64,000 nucleotides of DNA, taken from positions 19,906 to 83,905 of the IMG/VR virus record IMGVR_UViG_3300022932_000016; one strand, given 5' to 3'. This DNA comes from a virus. Its lineage: Duplodnaviria > Heunggongvirae > Uroviricota > Caudoviricetes. Position numbers and translations under genes: made by a program. The notes under the pieces are model-generated. The model was not told where the DNA came from. It saw nothing but the letters and a program-made list of their open reading frames with translations, and searched no databases. Below are positions 9,843-19,185 of this stretch, piece by piece. Position 1 is the stretch's first letter; each line of letters begins with the position of its first letter.

Positions 9843-10301
9843 ATGACTACCGAAGACCTCGAGCAGACAATTATTAAAGGCATTTTTACGCTGGGCAATC
9901 ACATCTTGATTTCACCAGAGTGTTTACACATGCGAAAAGAGTTAGTTGACGACAACCGTATCATGCTTTGTCGCAACGTCATACTGTATATCGACAAGAA
10001 CGGTATCACCGAGAACTTCCCACAAGCTCGCTACGAGATGAGACCACTAGCTTTTGCAACACTTATGACACCAGTATGCGACATCACCATAAGTCAAGGT
10101 GAAGTGTACTCTATAAGTTACAAGCATGTTCACGAAGTCGGGGTGTTCCCACAGAGTATCGACATCGAAGAGGTGCTAACAGAGGTAGATCGCGTCGCTT
10201 TCACGTTTGACGCAGAGTTTAACACCGCTCGAGTGCTGCGATTGTCGCGACACAAGCTAGACCCACGGTTTAACCAGCCAAAACGCTCTCTTATTGAATA
10301 A
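9843..10301 (+). CDS. hypothetical protein
   Basis: ORF on the strand opposite the flanking structural genes. Start chosen at the internal ATG (MTTEDLEQ). Confidence 0.45.
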   Translation: MTTEDLEQTIIKGIFTLGNHILISPECLHMRKELVDDNRIMLCRNVILYIDKNGITENFPQARYEMRPLAFATLMTPVCDITISQGEVYSISYKHVHEVGVFPQSIDIEEVLTEVDRVAFTFDAEFNTARVLRLSRHKLDPRFNQPKRSLIE

Positions 10302-10327
10302 AACCTATTGCGTTTTCTGTATATACG

Positions 10328-10516
10328 TTGTACGATATGTATATGTATACCGAAGAAGACTACGCAACAGTTGAAGCTATGACCATCTTTGGTGGTTCGT
10401 TCGTTGTCGCACTCGCCCATGCGTGTCGACAAGCTGACGCGGTTAACCTAGCGAAAATTAAAGCAACGTGGCCAGAATACTGGGCTGAGTATTCAGAAAT
10501 GAGCAAGAACTTATGA
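10328..10516 (+). CDS. hypothetical small protein
   Basis: ORF only. Confidence 0.3.
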   Translation: MYDMYMYTEEDYATVEAMTIFGGSFVVALAHACRQADAVNLAKIKATWPEYWAEYSEMSKNL

Positions 10517-10663
10517 GCAAGACACACCAAGAGAAACTAGAAAAGCTACACTGGTGGCGTAATTACTGGTTGATGATGATATTTATTATGCTGACAGCTA
10601 TAAACTTCACTCTCGCGCTGAACCTGAGCGCGATTACTGCGGCACTGAGGTATTTATAATGAA
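10514..10663 (+). CDS. small membrane protein (single TM, 49 aa)
   Basis: Read directly from sequence: MSKTHQEKLEKLHWWRNYWLMMIFIMLTAINFTLALNLSAITAALRYL. Start overlaps the upstream stop and its end overlaps the next ATG. Confidence 0.3.
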
Positions 10664-11027
10664 CGACAGCGAATTATTTAGTAACAACTTTGGTAAATGG
10701 TGCGAAGCACACGGTATTGAGCTTAGTAGCACGATACACGTAGAAGGTAAGTTTGCTGCTTTGGTCGATTTGAACCAGTTAAAAGAAGCTATTATGCGGT
10801 TTACTGATGAGCAAACGACCATTGAAGTCGAAGACGTGAAAAGTGAGCTGCTATTTGATCTTGATGAGATTGATAACAAACCTTGGCGCGTCTTCAGACA
10901 ACTTGGTGCGATTATGCCAGAATACAAGGACGAGTACCTACGATACGAGCACTTCTACATGCACGGTGGTAGCAAAGATGTAATGAAACTAATTGAAGAT
11001 TTTGAGAAGGAGCACCCAATAGTATGA
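10659..11027 (+). CDS. hypothetical protein
   Basis: ORF with translationally coupled neighbours. Confidence 0.45.
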   Translation: MNDSELFSNNFGKWCEAHGIELSSTIHVEGKFAALVDLNQLKEAIMRFTDEQTTIEVEDVKSELLFDLDEIDNKPWRVFRQLGAIMPEYKDEYLRYEHFYMHGGSKDVMKLIEDFEKEHPIV

Positions 11028-11197
11028 CCTTAGTACGATTTAGAATTACCCAAACCCTCTTTGGTTATGTTGACCGAGAGATTGGCGACCAAGACCCAGA
11101 CGAATACGCAGACGAGCTTATCGAAGAGGGTCTCACCTCACGCGACTTCAACGTAATGGGTGACGACACCGAAGTAGACAGCTGGGACAAGCTATAA
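11024..11197 (+). CDS. small acidic protein (57 aa)
   Basis: ATG overlaps the upstream TGA (GTATGA). Read from sequence. Confidence 0.3.
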   Translation: MTLVRFRITQTLFGYVDREIGDQDPDEYADELIEEGLTSRDFNVMGDDTEVDSWDKL

Positions 11198-11200
11198 CAA

Positions 11201-11659
11201 ATGATCTCGTCAAAAGAACGTGAAAAACTTCGCGAAGACCTGTTAAAGGTTAGATTTCTTCACCCTAAGAAGTGCTTAGAGGAGTGTGTCTGTGGTCGCG
11301 ATGAGTTACTATGGTCTATTGACGAGTACACCGAGTTAGTTACTGCCGAGCGGGTGCGTTTCGCAGAGAAGAAGGCAGAAGACTACGGTGCGATATTGCA
11401 ACGTATGGGAGCGAACAAATGCGCGACTTGCAAAGACTACATGGCAGAAGCTGATGAAGTCTATTGTGACAGTTGCGATGATATTATTCACCTCAAGTGT
11501 GCAGGGTTCACTACTACAAGTAGCGCGTACGATGATGACGGCACCGTTCTATGTGTCGATTGCAAGAAGAAGGAAGAAGAGCGAATAGAAAACGAGCCCA
11601 TCGAAATGGACCCGTGGGGGAGCACAGAAAGTATCTTTGACGATAACTTACCGTTTTAG
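11201..11659 (+). CDS. zinc-finger protein with PHD-type C4HC3 spacing
   Basis: CATC-x11-CDSC-x4-H-x2-C-x17-CVDC, plus an upstream CLEECVC cluster. Confidence 0.55.
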   Translation: MISSKEREKLREDLLKVRFLHPKKCLEECVCGRDELLWSIDEYTELVTAERVRFAEKKAEDYGAILQRMGANKCATCKDYMAEADEVYCDSCDDIIHLKCAGFTTTSSAYDDDGTVLCVDCKKKEEERIENEPIEMDPWGSTESIFDDNLPF

Positions 11660-13326
11660 GCTTTTACAGCGATTTTTTGTTTTGAGTAACGCTTTGTTAC
11701 TTCTTTGAGCGCGGCTTCTGTGTCGTCGAACAGTACAGTCAATAGTTTGACGTACCCGTTTTCGAACTTACCGAAGATGTCGGTAGTGCCTGATACTTCA
11801 CCGTCTTTAGCTTCAATACCGTTAAGGGTAATGATTGTGGTTTCATCTTTTACTGACGAGTTAATCATAGCGACAGGGTTATCTTCTTGCGCGAACTCGA
11901 TTTCAAGTTCAGGTAAGAATTGACGAATAGGGACTTTGTTAGTAGCGATTTCTACTAGGTCATCATCAGCCAGCTCGTTGAGGTTGTAAGTAACTTCTTT
12001 GGTGGTGTTTTCTTCAATGTCTTCGTCACCTCGGTCAGGACCGCCATCTACGTCACCATCGTTGCCGTCATCTGCAGTTGTCGCGTCTGGCTTACCAAGG
12101 TCGGTAACTTCGATTTCACCGCGCGCGAACTTTGAAGCCACGTCTGCAGCATAACCAGCATCAGTTAGAGCCTTCATTACGTCGAACTCAGCTTGTCGTA
12201 CTTCGACTGCCGCTTTTGCAGCGTCTTGGTCTGATTCAAGTGGGTTATCTAGAGCCATTTCGTAGTGGGTTTTGTCCCACTCGTCTTTGTAGTGTGTTCG
12301 GTAGTCGAGGTTCAATGCGTCAATGATTGTTTCGATCTGAGGCATAATCGCGTTTTCTGTGAAGTCGTCTTTTTGTGTACGAGATACTTCGCGACCAGTA
12401 CCAGATTCTTCCATACCCATGAGTGTCTTAGACACGCCACCGATAGCGAATAGGTTGTCGAGGTGAATCTTGTTAATGTCCGCTAGTGCCGCTTTGTCAA
12501 GGTCTTGTTGCATGTCGACCCAGTCAACAGTACCGCTACCGTTACCGAAGATTGGTTCACCCTTGTTGTGGTTCTGAAGACGTGAAACAAAGTTCGCAAA
12601 GTCTTCTTCTTCTAGTTCGATTGAAGTAGAGATGATACCAGGAGTATTAAGGTTACCTTGAATAGCCTGTCGAGCGTAGTCAGAGGCTTGCTTCATTGTA
12701 AACTGAGCATCGCGAGCCGCGTCTGCCATTGAGAAGTGACCGTTACTATTGAACGGGTCCATGAGACTGATAGGGATAATCATATCCTTGTGTAGCTCAC
12801 GGGTCTTCCCGTTTCGAGATTCGATGTAGCCACCGAGTTCACCAGTTTCGCTGTTGATGACCTTGCGTACGTTGTACGGGTTCAAAAGTGAGAATGATTG
12901 TACTGCACCTAAGTGACCGTCAGCGTATACACGTCGAGCTGCGTAGAGGTAGAAAACCCCTTCAAGGTCGAGGTATGTAGAGATGTTATACCAGAACACT
13001 CGTTCAGAGAAGTTCTTTGATTCACGGATAAGAGGAAGGTAAGGGTGAACTACCGCAGTCTTGTCGTGATTCGCTGCTTCAAGGACTTTCTTAGAAGCGT
13101 TTGTGTAGATGTTGCGCTTGCCGATGACAGCTGTTCGGTTAGCGCGTCGAGTAATAACAGCATAACCGAAGTCGCTGTACATGTCTTTGTCTGTAATCGT
13201 TGTAGCTGACCAAGACGGAGACATAGTTCGCCCGCCATTCCGAAGAAAGTCAGTCGATAAATTGTTCTTTGTCTTTGCTACGGCCGTTGCATTGGCTCTT
13301 GAAAGACTATCAAGATTTTTATTCAC
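11656..13326 (-). CDS. portal protein (HK97/SPP1-type)
   Basis: 556 aa with a portal-like core and an acidic D/E-rich C-terminal tail. Lies upstream of the capsid gene in the head module. Confidence 0.88.
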   Translation of the reverse strand: MNKNLDSLSRANATAVAKTKNNLSTDFLRNGGRTMSPSWSATTITDKDMYSDFGYAVITRRANRTAVIGKRNIYTNASKKVLEAANHDKTAVVHPYLPLIRESKNFSERVFWYNISTYLDLEGVFYLYAARRVYADGHLGAVQSFSLLNPYNVRKVINSETGELGGYIESRNGKTRELHKDMIIPISLMDPFNSNGHFSMADAARDAQFTMKQASDYARQAIQGNLNTPGIISTSIELEEEDFANFVSRLQNHNKGEPIFGNGSGTVDWVDMQQDLDKAALADINKIHLDNLFAIGGVSKTLMGMEESGTGREVSRTQKDDFTENAIMPQIETIIDALNLDYRTHYKDEWDKTHYEMALDNPLESDQDAAKAAVEVRQAEFDVMKALTDAGYAADVASKFARGEIEVTDLGKPDATTADDGNDGDVDGGPDRGDEDIEENTTKEVTYNLNELADDDLVEIATNKVPIRQFLPELEIEFAQEDNPVAMINSSVKDETTIITLNGIEAKDGEVSGTTDIFGKFENGYVKLLTVLFDDTEAALKEVTKRYSKQKIAVKA

Positions 13327-13601
13327 GCGTTGTATTTACCTAATTGTTTATTCTAACTTGATTATACATAGTAATGAAATACCAGAGAGTCAAGGGGTAG
13401 CTAATAAGAAACACCGCTCGTGAAAGCGGTGGTCTATAAGGGGGTATAAGATGATGTGTGCGCCCATGATGCCCAATGCACATATCGGTCGGAGGGTATT
13501 TGTGCTACTAATCAAGTCAACACAATGGTATATTATAGTATCGCCTACCCCCGAAGTCAACGACCCTAGACAACACCAGGACCTGATGATACAGTAGGGT
13601 T

Positions 13602-13868
13602 ATGAGCTATGAAAACTATGTAAAAGACGACGACGAGTTCTACCTCACCGTAGGTGATCTCCGCTCCGCCATGAGAGATTTGCCCGATAACGCAAAGGTC
13701 TACTACCAACGTATCGAAGACGTGTACTTCGAAAAACACGGGTGGAAGCCAGACCTCCTAGTCCCAGACGACTTTATGCCAGATGAACGTGAACTCGACA
13801 ACCAATATGTTCGAGCGTTCGCAGGTTTCAAGTATGACGGTCGACTATGCTTGACAGCACACTACTAG
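13602..13868 (+). CDS. hypothetical protein
   Basis: ORF; first gene of the plus-strand block, divergent from the portal. Confidence 0.4.
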   Translation: MSYENYVKDDDEFYLTVGDLRSAMRDLPDNAKVYYQRIEDVYFEKHGWKPDLLVPDDFMPDERELDNQYVRAFAGFKYDGRLCLTAHY

Positions 13869-14040
13869 AGCGATAAAATAGTAACGTGCGCTAGTCACAG
13901 TGTCATAGACACCTCCAACTTGCGTTAATCGTATAAAGCAAAGGCCACCCTCTTACTTTCCAGTTCAGGGGTGGTTTTTGTTTGTCCTAGAGTTGACAAA
14001 AGGTATTGTATTTTTACTAAAAGTGCAATATACTTATTCT

Positions 14041-14292
14041 ATGAGCAAACCAGTGAAACAATACAACGCGGTCACGATGAAGAACGGTGTCACACGACAG
14101 GTTCCAACGCAGTACCACAAACCAAGCGGTAAGAAGAAGACCGTCTCTATGACGCTACCTATTACACTTACCGAGGTGGTAGAAAATCTCGCGAACATCG
14201 ACTTTAACGATAACAAGAGTAACGCGTACGAAACGCTATTATTAGAAGCTCTAGAAAGCAGGGGTCTACATGTACAGTCGAACGATAACTAA
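14041..14292 (+). CDS. hypothetical protein
   Basis: ORF. Start uncertain (13978 or 14041). Confidence 0.35.
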   Translation: MSKPVKQYNAVTMKNGVTRQVPTQYHKPSGKKKTVSMTLPITLTEVVENLANIDFNDNKSNAYETLLLEALESRGLHVQSNDN

Positions 14293-14734
14293 ATCAGCAG
14301 AGTACCGAGCGTTGCTTCCGACGCTCCTACGGGTAGAACACACCCTCAAAGGTAATCAGATAGCACGTGATATTAGTATCTTCAAAGACTTCACAAGCGG
14401 TCTCTACACGTACGAGTCACTCGGTCTACGCTATAACAACCTACGCGGTTCACGTATATCTCAGATCGTTAGGTCAATCGAGCACCAAATAAAGAACCCG
14501 AATGCACCGAACCCTATAATGACCGACCAGACAATGTGGCGACGCAACCGTAAAATCTACGAGCTTTATTGCACTGGTGAATATAGTTTCGCTGACCTAG
14601 GTAAAAAGTTCAATCTCGGTGACGCTCGCGTCAGTCAAATCATCAAAGATGTCACACACAACGAAGAACTCCGACGCTCCCGAGAGGCGTTTAATGAACC
14701 ACTTATAAGCGATATGGTCAACCACCGTGCGTAA
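14270..14734 (+). CDS. sigma-70 region-4-like HTH protein (two tandem HTH-like segments)
   Basis: SLGLRYNNLRGSRISQIVRSIEHQI and FADLGKKFNLGDARVSQIIKDV resemble sigma region 4 and ArpU/RinA-type HTH. Confidence 0.55.
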   Translation: MYSRTITKSAEYRALLPTLLRVEHTLKGNQIARDISIFKDFTSGLYTYESLGLRYNNLRGSRISQIVRSIEHQIKNPNAPNPIMTDQTMWRRNRKIYELYCTGEYSFADLGKKFNLGDARVSQIIKDVTHNEELRRSREAFNEPLISDMVNHRA

Positions 14735-15000
14735 CCTCCGATGTTTTTTCGGTATGCACGACTGGAGACCTATCGAAGAACCCCACGTCGAGTTCGTCAC
14801 TAAGTGGGTCGTATACGAAGTAACGCTTGCTGTATGCTCTCGTTGCGCAGACCTCGCAGAGGTAAGAAAGGACTATAACTGATGAGTCAAAAGCTATATA
14901 ACATACTGATAATCTGGGCATTCGCGTTAGTGACCGCTATCGTTATCACGTTCATCTATACTATGCTGAACCCGAAACAGCTTATACTGGGGTGCTAAAA

Positions 15001-15333
15001 ATGGTGCGCGACCCTCTCTTCGGTGACCAAGTTCACATTGCTGACCTATCTCCCGCTCGACGCGATAGCGTCCAACGCTGCCGAGACGTCCAAGAGTTAG
15101 TCGCACTCGCAGAAGAGCGCAACCTATACCGACACTATGCGTCAACCGAGCGCAACCTCATCATGTTTCACGCATATTGTACAGGTAAGATGACCTACGA
15201 GCAGATGTCCCATGTGTCCAAACTCGGTATATCAACCATCAGCAGTATTATGTCGCGTATCATATACCAGACGCTGGCCCATGAAGGCGACATCGTTATG
15301 AACAACGCTAAAGAAAGGAGCATACTCGTATGA
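15001..15333 (+). CDS. sigma-70 region-4-like HTH protein (paralog 2)
   Basis: TYEQMSHVSKLGISTISSIMSRIIYQ. ATG with GGGGTG RBS. The track start at 14992 is GTG. Confidence 0.5.
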   Translation: MVRDPLFGDQVHIADLSPARRDSVQRCRDVQELVALAEERNLYRHYASTERNLIMFHAYCTGKMTYEQMSHVSKLGISTISSIMSRIIYQTLAHEGDIVMNNAKERSILV

Positions 15334-15788
15334 GTAATCCCAATTACGAGCGCACCCTCGCTAGGGTTGAGCAAAATAGGCTCAACATCGTGACCAACAA
15401 GGTTCGCAAGTTGTACCGAGAGGACCTGTATGGTATGAACGTACGAGAGCTGTCTGTTTATTACCTGTCGACCCTTAAAGCTCACGAGAGTGAGCTTATC
15501 CGACGCGCCCCAGAACACCACAACATGTCACGCTCTATCGCCATGGTGCGTCAATATGCTTCTGGTCTCACATACGAACAGGTGGGCAAACTACACGAAC
15601 GGTCTCCCCAAAGGGTACGTCAGGTCGTAACAAAAATGATTTCGCGCTTGAGAAAGCTACACGAACAAGACCTATTGAAGCAAAGTAAGGTAATCGCTAC
15701 CATCGTCAACAATATCGCAACCGTTGAAGCAAACGGGTACGACTACGATGACCTCATGCTCAAGTTCTCACAGGTGAAGCGTATATGA
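15330..15788 (+). CDS. sigma-70 region-4-like HTH protein (paralog 3)
   Basis: LTYEQVGKLHERSPQRVRQVVTKMISRLRKL is a strong sigma r4-type helix-turn-helix. Confidence 0.6.
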   Translation: MSNPNYERTLARVEQNRLNIVTNKVRKLYREDLYGMNVRELSVYYLSTLKAHESELIRRAPEHHNMSRSIAMVRQYASGLTYEQVGKLHERSPQRVRQVVTKMISRLRKLHEQDLLKQSKVIATIVNNIATVEANGYDYDDLMLKFSQVKRI

Positions 15789-16177
15789 GTTTCGCGTCCA
15801 ACCGATCTCCGATACGCCTATCTGGTGTGTCGCGGGGTAAAATCGTCATAGGTGGGGGTGCTAAGCGTGGTGGTTTCACGATGTACGGTGGTCGTCGTCG
15901 CAAGCGTAACAAGATCATGCTCCCTTCGCTGTACGAAAACTACAAAGTCGTTCAGACCTCCGATACTCCTAGTTCCAAAAAAAATCCCAACTCGGCAGTG
16001 ACGAGAGCAGACCGTATCGGTGGGTTGATACTGTTCATCGTATTCTCTTTTCTGATACTCACACTCGCGATAGGGTGGATCATAGTACTCATTGTCTTCG
16101 CAGCACCGTTGATTGTCGTGCTTGGGTTCTTAGGCTTATTCGCGCTACCCTTTTTCGCGCTCACTCATCGAAAATAG
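15785..16177 (+). CDS. membrane protein (basic N-terminus, 2-3 C-terminal TM helices)
   Basis: Hydrophobic stretch LILFIVFSFLILTLAIGWIIVLIVFAAPLIVVLGFLGLFALPFFAL. Confidence 0.45.
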   Translation: MSFASNRSPIRLSGVSRGKIVIGGGAKRGGFTMYGGRRRKRNKIMLPSLYENYKVVQTSDTPSSKKNPNSAVTRADRIGGLILFIVFSFLILTLAIGWIIVLIVFAAPLIVVLGFLGLFALPFFALTHRK

Positions 16178-16224
16178 AAGAAAAAATTACGAGGGGGGTT
16201 GCTACGGCCTCACGCAATTAAAAA

Positions 16225-16255
16225 GATGAACGGGTTTTTGGCCCGCTCATCTCTT
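16225..16255. terminator. stem-loop terminator between convergent genes
   Basis: GATGAACGGG-TTTTTG-GCCCGCTCATC hairpin. On the minus strand it is followed by TTTTT, so it is mainly a terminator for gene 16266-16592. Confidence 0.5.
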
Positions 16256-16265
16256 ATATTGTCGC

Positions 16266-16592
16266 TTATTTGCTTACTGGGATAAAGTAGTAAACGCTTT
16301 TCTTGCTATTGGTTAGCTCAAGAATGTTTTTTACCTTGTGCGCTAGTAATTCTTTACCGTATACAATCTGCATAGTGGTTGTAACTACCTTGTCGCCCTC
16401 GGTGTAACGTATCACGTGTTGGCGGTTTACCTTTTTACCTGTTTCGTCTCGGACGCTTGATGCTTTACCCTCTACACTCTTTACAATTTGCTTGCGGTAA
16501 TCGCTTGCAACTTGTAGCTTGTGCTTAGGCACTGTAACTTTTGCTTTAGTTGTTTTAGTTTTAGCGGTTGTAGTAGCTTTAGTGCTTACCAT
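16266..16592 (-). CDS. small basic protein, paralog A
   Basis: 108 aa, Lys/Thr-rich N-terminus. About 60% identical to 17081-17377 (shared ...VPKHKLQVA... and GKKVNRQHVI...GDKVVT...GKELLAH... segments). Confidence 0.5.
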   Translation of the reverse strand: MVSTKATTTAKTKTTKAKVTVPKHKLQVASDYRKQIVKSVEGKASSVRDETGKKVNRQHVIRYTEGDKVVTTTMQIVYGKELLAHKVKNILELTNSKKSVYYFIPVSK

Positions 16593-16794
16593 AATTGTTT
16601 ACCTCGTGCGCTTATAATTATAATTGTAGTAGTCGCGCCCTGTCTACTGTTAATAGTATACTACACTATGCAATAAAAGTCAATACCTTTTATCAATAAT
16701 CTTTTATGGATTTATGGCGATGGTAACTCCGTCCTCAGTACCATGGAACTCTTGGCGTCGCCAACTGAAGCCGTACCCCAGGCACAGGCCAATG

Positions 16795-16829
16795 TTTCAC
16801 GTGAAATGGTTTTTTGTTTTCACGTGAAA
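16795..16829. repeat. two copies of perfect 12-bp palindrome TTTCACGTGAAA
   Basis: Copies at 16795-16806 and 16818-16829, 23 bp centre to centre. Operator-like. Confidence 0.6.
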
Positions 16830-16877
16830 TGTTTTCGGTCCCCTGCCTGCCGCCCCACCTTTTCATCGCCTTACCTA

Positions 16878-16960
16878 AGATTCATTTGTTAGCCTTAGCC
16901 GCCATGCGGGCGCCCCACTATGGCGATAGCCTGTAGCGGATTACATTTGTCTGGCTTAGC
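16878..16960 (+). repeat. two copies of the motif (T)ACATTTGT-N-GCCTTAGCC
   Basis: Copies at 16878-16901 and 16934-16960. Further copies at 17561-17590 and 19160-19185. Confidence 0.5.
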
Positions 16961-17080
16961 CCAGCAGCGGTGTTGATCTTATCCTGAGAACACAGGAGGG
17001 AATAGTGGTAGCCGTGTGCCAGGTCCCCTGCCTGAGCTTGGAGTAGCGTACCCCACCAAGTACGCTATCCTATCGCCTAA

Positions 17081-17377
17081 CTACGCTGTAGGTACGAAGT
17101 AGTAGACCGAGCCCTTACGATTAGTAAGTTCGAGAATGTCCTTGCTTGTGTGTGCAAGTAGTTCTTTCCCGTAGATAATCTGTAGGGTAGCTGTAACGAC
17201 TTTGTCGCCCTCAAGATAAGTAATGACGTGTTGTCGGTTTACTTTCTTGCCTGCTTCATCACGAACGCTGGTAGCCTTACCAGTAACGCTCTTGATAATG
17301 TTCTTGCGAAAAGTTTTAGCCACTTCCAACTTGTGGGCTGGTACTGTAACTTTAACTGGTGCTTTGGTTGCTGTCAT
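17081..17377 (-). CDS. small basic protein, paralog B
   Basis: 98 aa, homologous to 16266-16592. AAGGAGA RBS. Confidence 0.5.
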   Translation of the reverse strand: MTATKAPVKVTVPAHKLEVAKTFRKNIIKSVTGKATSVRDEAGKKVNRQHVITYLEGDKVVTATLQIIYGKELLAHTSKDILELTNRKGSVYYFVPTA

Positions 17378-17560
17378 AATATCTCCTTATGATTATGATG
17401 ATGTGGGTATCTTTACCACTGTAAGTATTATCTCATAGGCTGAGGTAAAATACAATACCTTTTTGGCACATAAGGATTCCCCTGGATACCGTCCGGATCG
17501 GCAGTAAAGCCTCGGAATAGGGGAGTATGCCACCTGGAGTGAGGCTTTGGCAACCAGCCT

Positions 17561-17590
17561 CTAGCGATTTACATTTGTTTGCCTTAGTTC
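17561..17590 (+). repeat. third copy of the TACATTTGT...GCCTTAG motif
   Basis: Sequence CCTCTAGCGATTTACATTTGTTTGCCTTAG closely resembles the copy at 16929-16958. Confidence 0.5.
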
Positions 17591-18304
17591 TGTGGACTAG
17601 GATGGTGTTATATCCAACTTATCCACGTTCTCATGGATTCTAGGAGCTCTGAGATAACGCGGTGTTGGGAGGCCTCTAGGACATGGATATATCCACCTGG
17701 GTCAGGCTACCAAACTATGCGTTTTGCGGTGAAATGCTCAAATCTGCTGGGAGTAATCCAGGTAGTACAGGATTCGGAAGTCTGGCTTCTTCCAGCACGG
17801 GTAGGAGAAGGTCGTTGGCAATCCAGAGCTTCAATTCAGGGAAATGGGCGGCTCAATGGCAAAAAAACGTCTGGATTCGGCAAAAAGGGGTGGTCGATGG
17901 CAAAAAGGGGGCGGATTCCTACTCCAAAGGTGTTCAGAAAAGTTGGAGATTGTGGCGTGCTGTCCGCCTTTTCCGTGGTTCTTCGTTGGCTTTGGCTATG
18001 GAGATGTGGGATAGGAGTGTTTCAGTAGATAAAACCCAATATGTTTTCCTGCGATTGCTCGGCATGGGATCCTCTGTAGAGCCTTTAGTATAACGTCTTG
18101 TACTCTCTATATAGCAATTAGACACAGGAGAAGGGTTCTGGCGAGATTTTTTTCGTTTCGGGTGAGCCTTTGTACGTTGGAGTACAATCGGTCTTCACAG
18201 GAGCGTTTCGTTGAGCAAATGGGTGCGTGCAAGCCTTTACTGGGTATGTGTATCCACCTATACGATAAGTACAAGAAGAATTGGTCTTTGCCGAGTTTTT
18301 CTGC

Positions 18305-18742
18305 CTAGTATTGAAACTGACCGAAACGTGAGATGAGTTCGCCTCGTGCTAGTTCAAGCACCCTTGCGATGTCCCTGTCGTTCAGTGCCGCTCGGTTGCT
18401 TGGTAAACCTAGCTGTGCCGTATCGTTCAGTTTGACACGACTGAAACTGTTTAGAAGCCTACCGTACTTTGCATAGTTCATGCGATTGTACACTATCACT
18501 TCCTCTATATCGAAGAACTTGGTGTAAATGGTTATGCCAGTTCTTTTTTCTACTTTTTGAATGTAGATGTTCTTTGCCTGCTCTGTGTCGATGTGCGGTC
18601 CCGCTTTGACTAGCTGAATGACCTTGCGACCGTTGACTTTGATGCCGTGGTAAATACCAACCCGACTGTCCTTACCGTACTTTTCACTCGGTATAAAGCT
18701 CATTGCCGTGTCGGTAATTTGCTTTAGATTGTGCTGTTGCAT
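18305..18742 (-). CDS. hypothetical protein with C-terminal HTH-like segment
   Basis: 145-aa ORF. Its 5'UTR (ATAATCATAATCATCATAAGGGAAG) resembles that of gene 17081-17377. TATAAT at 18772-18777 (rc). Confidence 0.45.
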   Translation of the reverse strand: MQQHNLKQITDTAMSFIPSEKYGKDSRVGIYHGIKVNGRKVIQLVKAGPHIDTEQAKNIYIQKVEKRTGITIYTKFFDIEEVIVYNRMNYAKYGRLLNSFSRVKLNDTAQLGLPSNRAALNDRDIARVLELARGELISRFGQFQY

Positions 18743-19159
18743 AGTGATACTTCCCTTATGATGATTATGATTATAGCGTTTGTATCTGTTGCTATTAAGT
18801 ATAGTATAACACAGGCTGGGGTATTTTGCAATAGGTTTTATGTAGATTAGGACTGCGTGGCTTCAGTTGGATTCAACGGCAGCAGCGGGGGTTTGAGCCG
18901 TGATAAGATACGTTAAAGCCTGGTCTTTACATCAGGCGTGAAATGGGTTGTAATAGTTGCATCCTTCGTGTATAATTATGTCTAGCGAGTAGCTCTATAG
19001 TAGCAACGTAGGTTGAGCTAGTAGAGCAGTCGCGGCAGTTGAGTACTCCCTTTATAGGGGGTTCTTTTAATTGTAAGGGCAAGAACAGATTATAGCCGAG
19101 GTTTTCGAGCCTGTCTCCAGCACAACGATATAGCGGTGTGGGGCGGTCGAATGCGCCTT

Positions 19160-19185
19160 TGCGTATACATTTGTTTTAGCCTGCC
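19160..19185 (+). promoter_or_regulatory. fourth TACATTTGT motif; candidate promoter of the plus-strand early operon
   Basis: TTGTTT-16nt-CATAAT about 40 nt upstream of the ATG at 19227. Confidence 0.35.

Noticed and set aside
16795-16829. CRISPR-like array
   Set aside because: There are only two copies of a 12-bp palindrome with a 10-bp spacer. There are no further repeat-spacer units and no cas genes.
17633-18125. ORFs 17633-18028, 17683-18093 (+) and 17934-18125 (-) in the low-coding region
   Set aside because: The frames overlap. Composition is Arg/Trp/Gly-rich and unlike the phage proteins. There is no RBS. The region is more likely non-coding or regulatory.
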